The notes under the pieces were generated by a model that was not told where the DNA came from, did not search any database, and worked only from the letters and a program-made list of their open reading frames with translations. This document shows, one piece after another, positions 13,301 to 28,300 of a stretch of DNA of 64,000 bases. The DNA lies in assembly GCA_035221665.1 (NCBI GenBank), contig CM069162.1:16182001-16246000 (forward strand). Reading direction: 5' to 3'. The first letter of the stretch is position 1. Every line of letters starts with the position of its first letter. The stretch comes from Okamejei kenojei (Eukaryota). The translations under genes and the position numbers were made by a program.

Positions 13301-16300
13301 TGTTTGCTCATCTCCATTCTAAATGGCTTACTCCCTATTCTTAAACTGTGGCCCCCTGGTTCTGGACTCCCCCAACATCGGGAACATGTTTCCTTCCTCT
13401 AGCGTGTCCAAACCCTTAACAATCTTATATGTTTCAATATGTTTATGTTCCCAACTGATGAAGGGTTCCGTTCAGAATCATCACCCAGCCATGTGCTCCA
13501 GAGATGATGCATGACCCACAGAGTTGCTCCAGCTTCTTGTCTCTTATTTTATAAACCAGCATCTGCAGTTCTTTGTATCCCTGGTTATTTAAATATATCC
13601 TTACTGTATGTAGCAAATCACAATGTCTGCAACCAAACCAGTGATATAGTGATGTATTGTCTTTCCCCAGACTGGAGAGCATGCAACAAAAGTTTTTCAT
13701 TAATCCCTCGGTACACGTGACAACAAAGTAAACTAAACTAAACTAAACTAATCTACTCCCCTTCACTTCAAGCACGAAGTATGTTCCTTGATAAGATGAT
13801 AAATGTAGACAACACTCGAGTTTGAAGAAGGGTCTCGACCCGAAACGTCGCCTATCTCCTTTGCTCCTTAGATGCTGCTGCACCCGCTGAGTTTCTCCAG
13901 ATGTTTGTGTACCCTCGATTCTCCAGCATCTGCAGTTCCTTCTTTAACACTCGAGTTTCTGTCTCACTGAACACCTGGTAATCTGCAGTCGCAGTTTTTG
14001 TAACTTACTATGAAGTGGAATTTACAACACACTGGGTGAAGTTGGGTAAGAAGATTGATATCTATAATGCAAGGCCTATACTTACCAGGAGGTTTGGTAA
14101 TATCACCTAAAAGCAGAAACAAACAATTCAGTTATTTAACATTTGAAACATGTTCAGAGATAACAAATTTCAGTCAATACCTGCCCCATCAGTGAAAGAG
14201 TCTTAAGGAAGAGTCTTAAGTTAGACTTGAAAGCTTTGTAATGGAACTCCTGCTAACCTTGTCGGGCATTGCTTACATGCAGCAATATTTATCTTCAGAC
14301 CGCATCACATACTCATGTACATCGTGACCTGCTCCACTCCCTTCACCTATTCACTGTTCCGCCCATCACTTCACCTTTCTCTTCTTGTCCCATATTTCCT
14401 GCTATTGGTGACAGTTGTCTCTCATCATCGCCATTGGTCCTGAACCCTTCCCATCTGTCGTCGTCACTCCCTCCTCAATAAAATCCCAGATTTGTGAATT
14501 ACCAGCTCCTCCCAAGTCCCAGAATCAGCCTCCAAAATTCATGTCTCGTTTCCCCTGGACCTCCACATGTCTCTCCCACCTCCTGCAATCAGGAATCATA
14601 CGTGGCAGAATAATCAAATGACACTTCAGTGAGTCACAATCCTCAGTTGAAGAAGTGCAGCCAGAGGACCAGAGAAACGCAGAAGTCACTCCATTGTACA
14701 TGAGAGGGGCAAAGATAATCCCAAAAATGACTGGCCTTTACAATGATTTCACAGATCAAACATAAAGTTGATGAGGGTACTCATGTTGCCTTCTAAAACA
14801 TATATCGGAATATAAGATAAGAACCTAAGAATTAGGAGCAGGCTTCAGAGATTTGGCCCTAGGAACCTGCTCCATCATTCATTTAATTAATTGGCAATCT
14901 TTTACCACAGATTCATTGTTCAACACTATCAACGTATCCTTTAATGTGCAGAAAATTAATCATCTCTTCTGATTGAACCTCCATTGCTCTCTGGAACGGA
15001 GGATTCTATACATTCAACAGCTTATTAGTGAAGAAATGAGTCCTGTTTCAGTCCCAAATATCTTCATTCTATTCTGAGACACCGGTGCCTGTAATATGGA
15101 GTCCTCATGGAATGAGATAACTTCCCATTCCACAAATCTCTGGACAAAGCAAATCAGGTCCAAAGAGGGGTCCTGACCCGAAACTTCACCATTCCCCGCT
15201 CTCCAGATATCATGCCTAAGCCACTGAGTTGCTCCAGCATTTTGTTTCTTTTTTTGTAAAACACCGTCTGTAGTTCTTTGTATCCCTAGTCTTTTCAACC
15301 TTCCCTCATGTGGTGAATCACAATTTCTGTGATACTTCATGGTAGGCATAATTTATGTTCCTCGATAAGATGATAACTGCAGACAACTCTCGAGGTTCAG
15401 TCTCATCGAAGCCCCCATAATTGGTTGTAGCAGTTTTTTAACTTAATTATTATGAAGCGGACATTAAAACTAATTTGAGGAAGCTCTTAGAGAGCTTTGA
15501 AATTGCTGTATTTGTTGCACTGTTTATAATGTGAGGCCAATACTCACTTGGAGGTGTGGTAACATCACCTAAAAGCAGAAACAAACAATGCAGTTAATTA
15601 CTGGATCATTGGAAACATGTTCTGAATTAATCAATGTCATTCAATACCTGCCCCTTCTGTGGAAGAGTCAGCACACCACACCACACATTGGCCTCATCAA
15701 CCTCTTCAGACCCCAGAGTAGCAGAGAGGAGGCATGCAAACCTTCATCCCAAGGGACAGTCAAGAAAGTTTAATGAATGTTTAAGATTGGGTCAAATTTA
15801 TTATAGGAAAGTAAGGAAATCAGCTAATAGAGAGCTAGGAAGAGGTAGCCGAGTAAAGGGTGAGCTGTGATTACAGTCAGAGTTGTCATCAGCTCCACTC
15901 CTAATTCCGTAACTAATATTAACAAATAAAGTTTTACAATTGCCTCATACTCACAAAAGGAATCGGGGCAGGTGAATCGTATTCTGTAATCTTGACATGA
16001 GCCATCACGTTGGTTGCTGTTCATACAAAAGAATCCAGTAGAAACGTTGCAACTGTTGAGTAGAATGTAGGGAGGTGTGATAAAGTAGTTGATAAAACTA
16101 CTGATGCTCTTTGAATGAAATAATAAAAGTGCAATATTATGGCGGCTATATTTTGTACCTGGCAATGTTCTCTCCAGTCTGTGAGGCCGGAATCCCTGAC
16201 GTTGTCTCCACCTCACAGGCGAGTGGATCCGTGCAGATCTGATCGGGATTTTCAGTTCGCAGATTGGGGAATATTTCATAGTCTCCAATTCCTGATGGGT

Positions 16301-19300
16301 TATCACGGTCAAAACCACGGAGTTTTGCAATTCCCTACTGAAGAGCAGAAAGAGAAAGTAGATTCAAAGTTTACATTGGTGCTTACAAACCAGAAAGGGT
16401 TGTTGTGTAACTGTCAAGTGTCCAGTGACAAGAGTGTTTTATTGTCATACAGTATGTCCCAGATAGAACAATGCAATTGTTACTTGCAGCAGCAATATAG
16501 AAACAAGAAAAATGTTCAGACTCTATGATGGAACTAACATCACGTTAATACGGGTACTCTAGTTCCTTCTAAAATGTAGATCAGAATTTTAGATGAGAAA
16601 GTGAAAATTAGGAGCCGGAGACATAGATCAAACGGAAGATAGAAACATAGAAACATAGAAATTAGGTGCAGGAGTAGGCCATTCGGCCCTTCGAGCCTGC
16701 ACCGCCGTTCAATATGATCATGGCTGATCATCCACTCAGTATCCTGTACCTGCCTTCTCTCCATACCCTCTGATCCCCTTAGCCACAAGGGCCACATCAA
16801 ACTCTCTCTTAAATATAGCAATGAACTGGCCTCAACTACCCTCTGTGGCAGAGAGTTCCAGAGACTCACCACTCTCTGTGTGAAAAAAGTCTTTCTCATC
16901 TCGGTCTTAAAGGATTTCCCCCTTATCCTTAAGCTGTGCCCCCTTGTCCTGGACTTCCCCAACATCGGGAACAATCTTCCTGCATCTAGCCTGTCCAACC
17001 CCTTAAGAATTTTGTAAGTTTCTGTAAGATCCCCTCTCAATCTCCTAAATTCTAGAGAGTATAAACTGAGTCTATCCAGTCTTTCTTCATAAGACAGTCC
17101 TGCCATCCCAGGAATCAGTCTGGTGAACCTTCTCTGCACTCACTCTGTGGCAATAATGTCCTTCCTCAAATTTGGAGACCAAAACTGTATGCAATACTCC
17201 AGGTGTGGTCTCACCAAGACCCTGTACAACTGAAGTAGAACCTCCCTGCTCCTATACTCAAATCCTTTTGCTATGAAAGCTAACATACCATTCGCGTTTT
17301 TCAATGCCTGCTGTACCTGCATGCCTACTTTCAATGACTGGTGTACCATGACACCCAGGTCTCGCTGTATCTCCCCTTTTCCTAATCGGCCACCATTTAG
17401 ATAATAGTCTGCTTTCCTGTTTTTGCCACCAAAGTGGATAACCTCACATGTATCCACATTATACTGCATCTGCCAAACATTTGCCCACTCACCCAGCCTA
17501 TCCAAGTCACCTTGCTGTCTCCTAGCATCCTCCTCACAGCTAACACTGCCCCCCAGCTTAGTGTCATCCGCAAACTTGGAGATATTGCCTTCAATTTCCT
17601 CATCCAGATCATTAATATATATTGTAAATAGCTGGGGTTCCAGCACTGAGCCCTGCGGTACCCCCACTAGTCACTGCCTGCCATTGTGAAAAGGACCCGT
17701 TTACTCCTACTCTTGGCGTCCTGTTTGCCAGCCAGTTCTCTATCCACATCAATACTCAACCCCTAATGCCGTATGCTTTAAGTTTGTATACTAATCTCTT
17801 ATGTGGGACCTTGTCAAAAGCCTTCTGGAAGTCCAGATATACCACATCCACTGGTTCTCCCTTATCCACGCTACTAGTTACATTGTCGAAAAATTCGTCA
17901 GACATGATTTACCTTTCATAAATCCATGCTGACTTTGTCCAATGATTTCACCACTTTCCAAATGTGCTGCTATCCCATCTTTAGTAACTAGCAGTTTCCC
18001 CACTATCGATGTTAGACTAACTGGTCTGTAATTCCCCGTTTTCTCTCTCCCTTCTTAAAAAGAGGGGTTACATTTGCTACCCGCCAATCCTCAGGAACTA
18101 CTCCAGAATCTAAAGAGTTTTGAAAGATTATCACTAATGCATCCACTATTTCCTGAGCTACTTCCTTAAGTGCTCTGGGCTGCAGCCTATCTGGCCCTAC
18201 GGATTAATCGGCCTTTAATCTATTCAATTTACCCAACACCACTTCCCGACTAACCTGGATTTCACTCAATTCCTCCTTTGACCCGCGGTCCCCTGCTGTT
18301 TCCGGCAGATTATTTATGTCTTCCTTAGTGAAGACAGAACCAAAGTAGTTATTCAATTGGTCCGCCATATCCTTGTTCCCCATGATCAACTCACCTGTTT
18401 CTGACTGCAAGGGACCTCCATTTATTTTAACTAATCTCTTTCTCTTCACATATCTATAAAAACTTTTGCAGTCAGTTTTTATGTTCCCTGCCAGTTTTCT
18501 TTCATAATCTATTTTTCCTTTCCTAATTAAGCCCTTTGTCCTCCTCTGCTGGTCTCTGAATTTCTCCCAGTCCTCTGGTATGCTGTTTTTTCTGGCTACT
18601 TTGTACGCATCATCCTTTGCTTTGATACCAACCCTGATTTCCCTTGTTATCCATGGATGCACTACCTTCCCCGATTTATTCTTTTGTCAAACTGGGATGA
18701 ACAATTTTTGTAGTTCATCTACGCAGTCTTTAAATGTCTTCCATTGTATATCCACCGTCAACCCTTTTAGAATTAATTGCCAGTCAATCTTGGCCAATTC
18801 ACGTCTCATACCCTCAAAGTTACCTTTCTTTAAGTTCGGAACCATTGTTTCTGAATTAACAATGTCACTCTCCATCCTAATGAAGAACTCAACCATATTA
18901 TGGTCACTCTTGCCCAAGGGAGCACGTACAACAAGACTGCTAACTATCCCCTCCTCATTACTCAAAATCCAGTCTAAAATAGCCTGCTCTCTCGTTGGTT
19001 CCTCTACATGTTGATTTAGATAACTATCCCGCATACATTCCAAAAATCCTCTTCCTCAGCACCCCTGTCAATTTGATTCACCCAATCTATATGTAGATTG
19101 AAGTCACCCATTATAACTGTTTTGCCTTTGTCGCACGCATTTCTAATTTCCTGTTTGATACCATCCCCAACTTCACTGCTACTGTTAGGTGGCCTGTACA
19201 CAACACCCACCAGCGTTTTCTGCACCTTAGTGTTTTGCAGCTCTACCCATACCGATTCCACATCCTCCAAGCTAATGTCCTTCCTTTCCATTGCGTTAAT

Positions 19301-22300
19301 CTCCTCTCTAACCAGCAATGCTACCCCACCTCCTTTTCCTTTCTCTCTATCCCTCCTGAATAATGAATATCCCTGGATGTTCAATCCCAGCCTACGTCAC
19401 CCTGGAGCCACGTCTCCGTGATCCCAACTATATCATAATCATTAATAGCTATCTGCACGTTAGCTGAGAAAGATGAAATAGAACAAGTTGTCCAACAACT
19501 TTAGGCTGTGCACGCCACACGAAAGAAGAAGTAAAGGAGTCATAGATGTGGCCTTCAAACCTGCTCCGCCATTGATCAAGTTCAGTGATAATTTACTAGG
19601 TCAGCCCTATTTTCGAGCACTATTAATATATCCTTTTAACAACTGGAAGAAAAAGTAATAATTACTCAATATAGCTCAAATGCTCTCTGGGAAGAAGAAT
19701 TCCAAACAGTCACCACCATCTGAATGAAGAAAATTGTCATATTTCAGTCCCAAAATACCTTCTTCTTATTCTGAGCCAGTGGTGTGTACACCTGAAGTCT
19801 TCAATGAGTGAGATAATTTTCCATTTCACAAATCTCCAGAGAAAACAGTTCTCAATAGACAACTGATAAGAGACAGTAGGCCGGTTGGCCCTTCTTGTCA
19901 GCACCGGCATTCAATGTGATCATGGCTGATCATCCCAAATCAGTACCCCGTTCCTGCCTTTTCCCCAAATCCACTGGCTAATTTAAGAGCCCTATCTAGT
20001 TCTCTCTTGAAAGCATCCAGTGAAACTGCCTCCACCGCCCTCTGAGGCGGAGAATTCCACAGACTCACCACTCTCAGTGAGAAAAAGTGTTTGCTCATCT
20101 CCATTCTAAATGGCTTACTCCTTATTCTTAAACTGTGGCCCCCTGGTTCTGGACTCCCCAAACATCGGGAACATGTTTCCTTCCTCTAGCGTGTCCAAAC
20201 CCTTAACAATCTTATATGTTTCAATATGTTTATGTTCGCAACTGAAGAAGGGTTCCGTTCAGAATCATCACCCAGCCATGTGCTTCAGAGATGATGCATG
20301 ACCCACAGAGTTGCTCCAGCTTTTTGTCTCTTATTTTAGAAACCAGCATCTGCAGTTCTTTGTATCCCTGGTTATTTAAATATATCCTTACTGTATGTAG
20401 CAAATCACAATGTCTGCAACCAAACCAGTGATATAGTGATGTATTGTCTTTCCCCAGACTGGAGAGCATGCAACAAAAGTTTTTCATTGTCCTTCGGTAC
20501 AACAAAGTAAACTAAACTAAACTAATCTACTCCCCTTCATTTCAAGCACGAAGTATGTTCTTTGACAAGATGATAAATGTAGACAACACTCGAGTTTGAA
20601 GAAGGGTCTCCACCCGAAACGTCGCCTATCTCCTTTGCTCCTTAGATGCTGCTGCACCCGCTGAGTTTCTCCAGCTTTTTGTGTACCCTCGATTCTCCAG
20701 CATCTGCAGTTCCTTCTTTAACACTCGAGTTTCAGTCTCACTGTACACCTGGTAATCTGCTGTCGCAGTTTTTTTAACTTACTATGAATTGGAATTTACA
20801 ACACACTGGGTGAAGTTGGGTAAGAAGATTGATATCTATAATGCAAGGCCCATACTTACCAGGAGGTTTGGTTATATCACCTAAAAGCAGAAACAAACAA
20901 TTCAGTTATTTAACATTTGAAACATGTTCAGAGATAACAAATTTCAGTCAATACCTGCCCCATCAGTGAAAGAGTCTTAAGGAAGAGTCTTAAGTTAGAC
21001 TTGAAAGCTTTGTAATGGAACTCCTGCTAACCTTGTCGGGCATTGCTTACATGCAGCAATATTTCTCTTCAGACCGCATCACATACTCATGTACATCATG
21101 ACCTGCTCACACTCCCATCACACTATTCACTGTTCCGCCCATCACTTCACCTTTCCCTTCTTGTCCCATATTTGCTGCTATTGGTGACAGTTGTCTCTCA
21201 TCATCGCCATTGGTCCTGAACCCTTCCCATCTGTCGTCGTCACTCCCTCCTCAATAAAATCCCAGATTTGTGAATTACCAGCTCCTCCCAAGTCCCAGAA
21301 TCAGCCTCCATAATTCATGTCTCGTTTCCCCTGGACCTCCACATGTCTCTCCCACCTCCTGCAATCAGGAATCATAGGTGGCAGAATAATCAAATGACAC
21401 TTAAATGAGTCACAATCCTCAGTTGAAGAAGTGCAGCCAGAGGACCAGAGAAACGCAGAAGTCACTCCATTGTACATGAGAGGGGCAAAGAAAATCCCAA
21501 AAATGACTGGCCTTTACAATGATTTCACAGATCAAACATAAAGTTGATGAGGGTACTCATGTCGCCTTCTAAAACATATATCGGCATATAAGATAAGAAC
21601 CTAAGAATTAGGAGCAGGCTTCAGAGATTTGGCCCTAGGAACCTGCTCCATCATTCATTTAATTAATTGGCAATCTTTTACCACAGATTCATTGTTCAAC
21701 ACTATCAACGTATCCTTTAATGTGCAGAAAATTAATAATCTCTTCTGATTGAACCTCCATTGCTCTCTGGAACGGAGGATTCTATACATTCAACAGCTTA
21801 TTAGTGAAGAAATGAGTCCTGTTTCAGTCCCAAATATCTTCATTCTATTCTGAGACACCGGTGCCTGTAATATGGAGTCCTCATGGAACGAGATAACTTC
21901 CCATTCCACAAATCTCTGGACAAAACATATCATGTCTAAAGAGGGGTCCTGACCCGAAACGTCACCATTCCCCGCTCTCCTGATATCATGCCTAAGCCAC
22001 TGAGTTGCTCCAGCATTTTGTTTCTTTTTTTGTAAAACACCGTCTGTAACTCTTTGTATCCCTAGTCTTTTCAACCTTCCCTCATGTGGTGAATCACAAT
22101 TTCTGTGACACTTCATGGTAGGCATAATTTATGTTCTTCGATAAGATGATAACTGCAGACAACTCTCGAGGTTCAGTCTCATCGAAGCCCCCATAATTGG
22201 TTGTAGCAGTTTTTTAACTTAATTATTATGAAGCGGACATTAAAACTAATTTGAGGAAGCTCTTAGAGAGCTTTGAAATTGCTGTATTTGTTGCACTGTT

Positions 22301-25300
22301 TATAATGTGAGGCCAATACTCACTTGGAGGTGTGGTAACATCACCTAAAAGCAGAAACAAACAATGCAGTTAATTACTGGATCATTGGAAACATGTTCTG
22401 AACTAATCAATGTCATTCAATACCTGCCCCTTCTGTGGAAGAGTCAGCACACCACACCACACATTGGCCTCATCAACCTCTTCAGACCCCAGAGTAGCAG
22501 AGAGGAGGCATGCGACCCTTCATCCCAAGGGACAGTCAAGAAAGTTTAATGAATGTTTAAGATTGGGTCAAATTTATTATAGGAAAGTAAGGAAATCAGC
22601 TAATAGAGAGCTAGGAAGAGGTAGCCGAGTAAAGGGTGAGCTGTGATTACAGTCAGAGTTGTCATCAGCTCCACTCCTAATTCCGTAACTAATATTAACA
22701 AATAAAGTTTTACAATTGCCTCATACTCACAAAAGGAATCGGGGCAGGTGAATCGTATTCTGTAATCTTGACATGAGCCATCACGTTGGTTGCTGTTCAT
22801 ACAAAAGAATCCAGTAGAAACGTTGCAACTGTTGAGTAGAATGTAGGGAGGTGTGATAAAGTAGTTGATAAAACTACTGATGCTCTTTGAATGAAATAAT
22901 AAAAGTGCAATATTATGGCCGGCTATATTTTGTACCTGGCAATGTTCTCTCCAGTCTGTGAGGCCGGAATCCCTGACGTTGTCTCCACCTCACAGGCGAG
23001 TGGATCCGTGCAGATCTGATCGGGATTTTCAGTTCGCAGATTGGGGAATATTTCATAGTCTCCAATTCCTGATGGGTTATCACGGTCAAACCACGGAGTT
23101 TTGCAATTCCCTACTGAAGAGCAGAAAGAGAAAGTAGATTCAAAGTTTACATTGGGTCTTACAAACCAGAAAGGGTTGTTGTGGAACTGTCAAGTGTCCA
23201 GTGACAAGAGTGTTTTATTGTCATACAGTATGTCCCAGATAGAACAATGCAATTGTTACTTGCAGCAGCAATATAGAAACAAGAAAAATGTTCAGACTCT
23301 ATGATGGAACTAACATCACACAGGACGTTAATACGGGTACTCTAGTTCCTTCTAAAATGTAGATCAGAATTTTAGATGAGAAAGTGAGAATTAGGAGCCG
23401 GAGTCATAGATCAAATGGAAGATGAAATAGAACAAGTTGCCCAACAACTTTAGGCTGTGCACGCCACACAAAAGAAAAAGTAGGAGTCATAGATGTGGCC
23501 TTCAAAACCTGCTCCGCCATTGATCAAGATCACTGATAATTTACTAGGTCAGCCCTATTTTCTAGCAATATAAATATATCCTTTTAACGACTGAAAAACA
23601 AGTAATAATTACTCAATATAGCTCAAATGATCTCTGGGAAGAAGAATTCCAAACAGTCACCACTGTCTGAGTGAAGAAAATGGTCATATTTCAGTCCCAA
23701 AATACCTTCTTCTTATTCTGAGCCAGTGGTGTATACACCTGAAGTCTTCAATGAGTGAGATAATTTTCCATTCCGCAAATCTCCAGAGAAAAACAGTTCT
23801 CAATAGACAACTGATAATAGACAGTAGGCCGGTTGGCCCTTCTTGTCAGCACCGCCATTTAATGTGATCATGGCTGATCATCCCAAATCAGTACCCCGTT
23901 CCTGCCTTCTCCCCATATCCACTGGCTATTTTTAAGAACCCTATCTAGCTCTCTCTTGAAAGCATCCAGTGAAACTGCCTCCACCGCCCTCTGAGGCGGA
24001 GAATTCCATAGACACCACTCTCAGTGAGAAAATGTGTTTGCTCATCTCCATTCTAAATGGCTTACTCCTTATTCTTAAACTGTGGCCCCCTGGTTCTGGA
24101 CTCCCCCAACATCGGGAACATGTTTCCTTCCTCTAGCGTGTCCAAACCCTTAACAATCTTATATGTTTCAATATGTTTATGTTCCCAACTGAAGAAGGGT
24201 TCCGTTCAGAATCATCACCCAGCCATGTGCTCCAGAGATGATGCATGACCTACAGAGTTGCTCCAGCTTTTTGTCTCTTATTTTAGAAACCAGCATCTGC
24301 AGTTCTTTGTATCCCTGGTTATTTAAATATATCCTTACTGTATGTAGCAAATCACAATGTCTGCAACCAAACCAGTGATATAGTGATGTATTGTCTTTCC
24401 CCAGACTGGAGAGCATGCAACAAAAGTTTTTCATTGTCCCTCGGTACACGTGACAACAAAGTAAACTAAACTAAACTAAACTAATCTACTCCCCTTCATT
24501 TCAAGCACGAAGTATGTTCCTTGATAAGATGATAAATGTAGACAACACTCGAGTTTGAAGAAGGGTCTCCACCCGAACGTCGCCTATCTCCTTTGCTCCT
24601 TAGATGCTGCTGCACCCGCTGAGTTTCTCCAGATGTTTGTGTACCCTCGATTTTCCAGCATCTGCAGTTCCTTCTTTAACACTCGAGTTTCTGTCTCACT
24701 GAACACCTGGTAATCTGCAGTCGCAGTTTTTGTAACTTACTATGAAGTGGAATTTACAACACACTGGGTGAAGTTGGGTAAGAAGATTGATATCTATAAT
24801 GCGAGGCCTATACTTACCAGGAGGTTTGGTAATATCACCTAAAAGCAGAAACAAACAATTCAGTTATTTAACATCTGAAACATGTTCAGAGATAACAAAT
24901 TTCAGTCAATACCTGCCCCATCAGTGAAAGAGTCTTAAGGAAGAGTCTTAAGTTAGACTTGAAAGCGTTGTAATGGTACTCCTGCTAACCTTGTCGGGCA
25001 TTGCTTACATGCAGCAATATTTCTCTTCAGACTGCATCACATACTCATGTACATCGTGACCTGCTCACACTCCCTTCACCCTATTCACTGTTCCGCCCAT
25101 CACTTCACCTTTCTCTTCTTGTCCCATATTTCCTGCTATTGGTGACAGTTGTCTCTCATCATCGCCATTGGTCCTGAACCCTTCCCATCTGTCGTCGTCA
25201 CTCCCTCCTCAATAAAATCCCAGGTTTGTGAATTACCAGCTCCTCCCAAGTCCCAGAATCAGCCTCCAAAATTCATGTCTCGTTTCCCCTGGACCTCCAC

Positions 25301-28300
25301 ATGTCTCTCCCACCTCCTGCAATCAGGAATCATACGTGGCAGAATAATCAAATGACACTTAAGTGAGTCACAATCCTCAGTTGAAGAAGTGCAGCCAGAG
25401 GACCAGAGAAACGCAGGTCACTCCATTGTACATGAGAGGGGCAAAGATAATCCCAAAAATGACTGGCCTTTACAATGATTTCACAGATCAAACATAAAGT
25501 TGATGAGGGTACTCATGTTGCCTTCTAAAACATATATCGGAATATAAGATAAGAACCTAAGAATTAGGAGCAGGCTTCAGAGATTTGGCCCTAGGAACCT
25601 GCTCCATCATTCATTTAATTAATTGGCAATCTTCTACCACAGATTCATTGTTCAACACTATCAACGTATCCTTTAATGTGCAGAAAATTAATCATCTCTT
25701 CTGATTGAACCTCCATTGCTCTCTGGAACGGACGTTTCTATACATTTCAACAGCTTATTAGTGAAGAAATGAGTCCTGTTTCAGTCCCAAATATCTTCAT
25801 TCTATTTCTGAGACACCGGTGCCTGTAATATGGAGTCCTCATGGAATGAGATAACTTCCCATTCCACAAATCTCTGGACAAAACAATTCAGGTCTAAAGA
25901 GGGATCCTGACCCGAAACGTCACCATTCCCCGCTCTCCAGATATCATGCCTAAGCCACTGAGTTGCTCCAGCATTTTGTTTCTTTTTTTGTAAAACACCG
26001 TCTGTAGTTCTTTGTATCCCTAGTCTTTTCAACCTTTCCTCATGTGGTGAATCGCAATTTCTGTAACCTTTCCAGTGATACTTCCCTCCATGGTAGGCAT
26101 AATTTATGTTCCTCGATAAGATGATAACTGCAGACAACTCCCGGGGTTCAGTCTCATCAAAGCCCCCATAATTGGTTGTAGCAGTTTTTTAACTTAATTA
26201 TTATGAAGCGGACATTAAAAACTAATTTGAGGAAGCTCTTAGAGAGCTTTGAAATTGCTGTATTTGTTGCACTGTTTGTAATGTGAGGCCAATACTCACT
26301 TGGAGGTGTGGTAACATCACCTAAAAGCAGAAACAAATAATACAATTAATTACTGGATCATTGGAAACATGTTCTGAATTAATCAATGTCATTCAATACC
26401 TGCCCCTTCTGTGGAAGAGTCAGCACACCACACCACACATTGGCCTCATCAACCTCTTCAGACCCCAGAGTAGCAGAGAGGAAGCATGCAACGCTTCATC
26501 CCAAGGGACAGTCAAGAAAGTTTAATGAATGTTTAAGATTGGGTCAAATTTATTATAGGAAAGTAAGGAAATCAGCTAATAGAGAGATAGGAAGAGGTAG
26601 CCGAGTAAAGGGTGAGCTGTGATTACAGTCAGAGTTGTCATCAGCTCCACTCCTAATTCCGTAACTAATATTAACAAATAAAGTTTTACAATTGCCTCAT
26701 ACTCACAAAAGGAATCGGGGCAGGTGAATCGTATTCTGTAATCTTGACATGAGCCATCACGTTGGTTGCTGTTCATACAAAAGAATCCAGTAGAAACGTT
26801 GCAACTGTTGAGTAGAATGTAGGGAGGTGTGATAAAGTAGTTGATAAAACTACTGATGCTCTTTGAATGAAATAATAAAAGTGCAATATTATGGCCGGCT
26901 ATGTTTTGTACCTGGCAATGTTCTCTCCAGTCTGTGAGGCCGGAATCCCTGACGTTGTCTCCACCTCACAGGCGAGTGGATCCATGCAGATCTGACCGGG
27001 GTTTTCAGTTCGCAGATTGGGGAATATTTCATAATCTCCAATTCCTGATGGGTTATCACGGTCAAACCACAGAGTTTTGCAAATCCCTACTGAAGAGCAG
27101 AAAGAGAAAGTAGATTCAAAGTTTACATTGGGTCTTACAAACCAGAAAGGGTTGTTGTGGAACTGTCAAGTGTCCAGTGACAAGAGTATTTTATTGTCAT
27201 ACAGTATGTCCCAGATAGAACAATGCAATTGTTACTTGCAGCAGCAATATAGAAACAAGAAAAATGTTCAGACTCTATGATGGAACTAACATCACACAGG
27301 ACGTTAATACGGGTACTCTAGTTCCTTCTAAAATGTAGATCAGAATTTTAGATGAGAAAGTGAGAATTAGGAGCCGGAGTCATAGATCAAATGGAAGATG
27401 AAATAGAACAAGTTGCCCAACAACTTTAGGCTGTGCACGCCACACAAAAGAAAAAAGTAGGAGTCATAGATGTGGCCTTCAAAACCTGCTCCGCCATTGA
27501 TCAAGATCACTGATAATTTACTAGGTCAGCCCTATTTTCTAGCAATATAAATATATCCTTTTAACGACTGAAAAACAAGTAATAATTACTCAATATAGCT
27601 CAAATGATCTCTGGGAAGAAGAATTCCAAACAGTCACCACTGTCTGAGTGAAGAAAATGGTCATATTTCAGTCCCAAAATACCTTCTTCTTATTCTGAGC
27701 CAGTGGTGTATACACCTGAAGTCTTCAATGAGTGAGATAATTTTCCATTCCGCAAATCTCCAGAGAAAACAGTTCTCAATAGACAACTGATAATAGACAG
27801 TAGGCCGGTTGGCCCTTCTTGTCAGCACCGCCATTTAATGTGATCATGGCTGATCATCCCAAATCAGTACCCCGTTCCTGCCTTCTCCCCATATCCACTG
27901 GCTATTTTTAAGAACCCTATCTAGCTCTCTCTTGAAAGCATCCAGTGAAACTGCCTCCACCGCCCTCTGAGGCGGAGAATTCCATAGACACCACTCTCAG
28001 TGAGAAAATGTGTTTGCTCATCTCCATTCTAAATGGCTTACTCCTTATTCTTAAACTGTGGCCCCCTGGTTCTGGACTCCCCCAACATCGGGAACATGTT
28101 TCCTTCCTCTAGCGTGTCCAAACCCTTAACAATCTTATATGTTTCAATATGTTTATGTTCCCAACTGAAGAAGGGTTCCGTTCAGAATCATCACCCAGCC
28201 ATGTGCTCCAGAGATGATGCATGACCTACAGAGTTGCTCCAGCTTTTTGTCTCTTATTTTAGAAACCAGCATCTGCAGTTCTTTGTATCCCTGGTTATTT

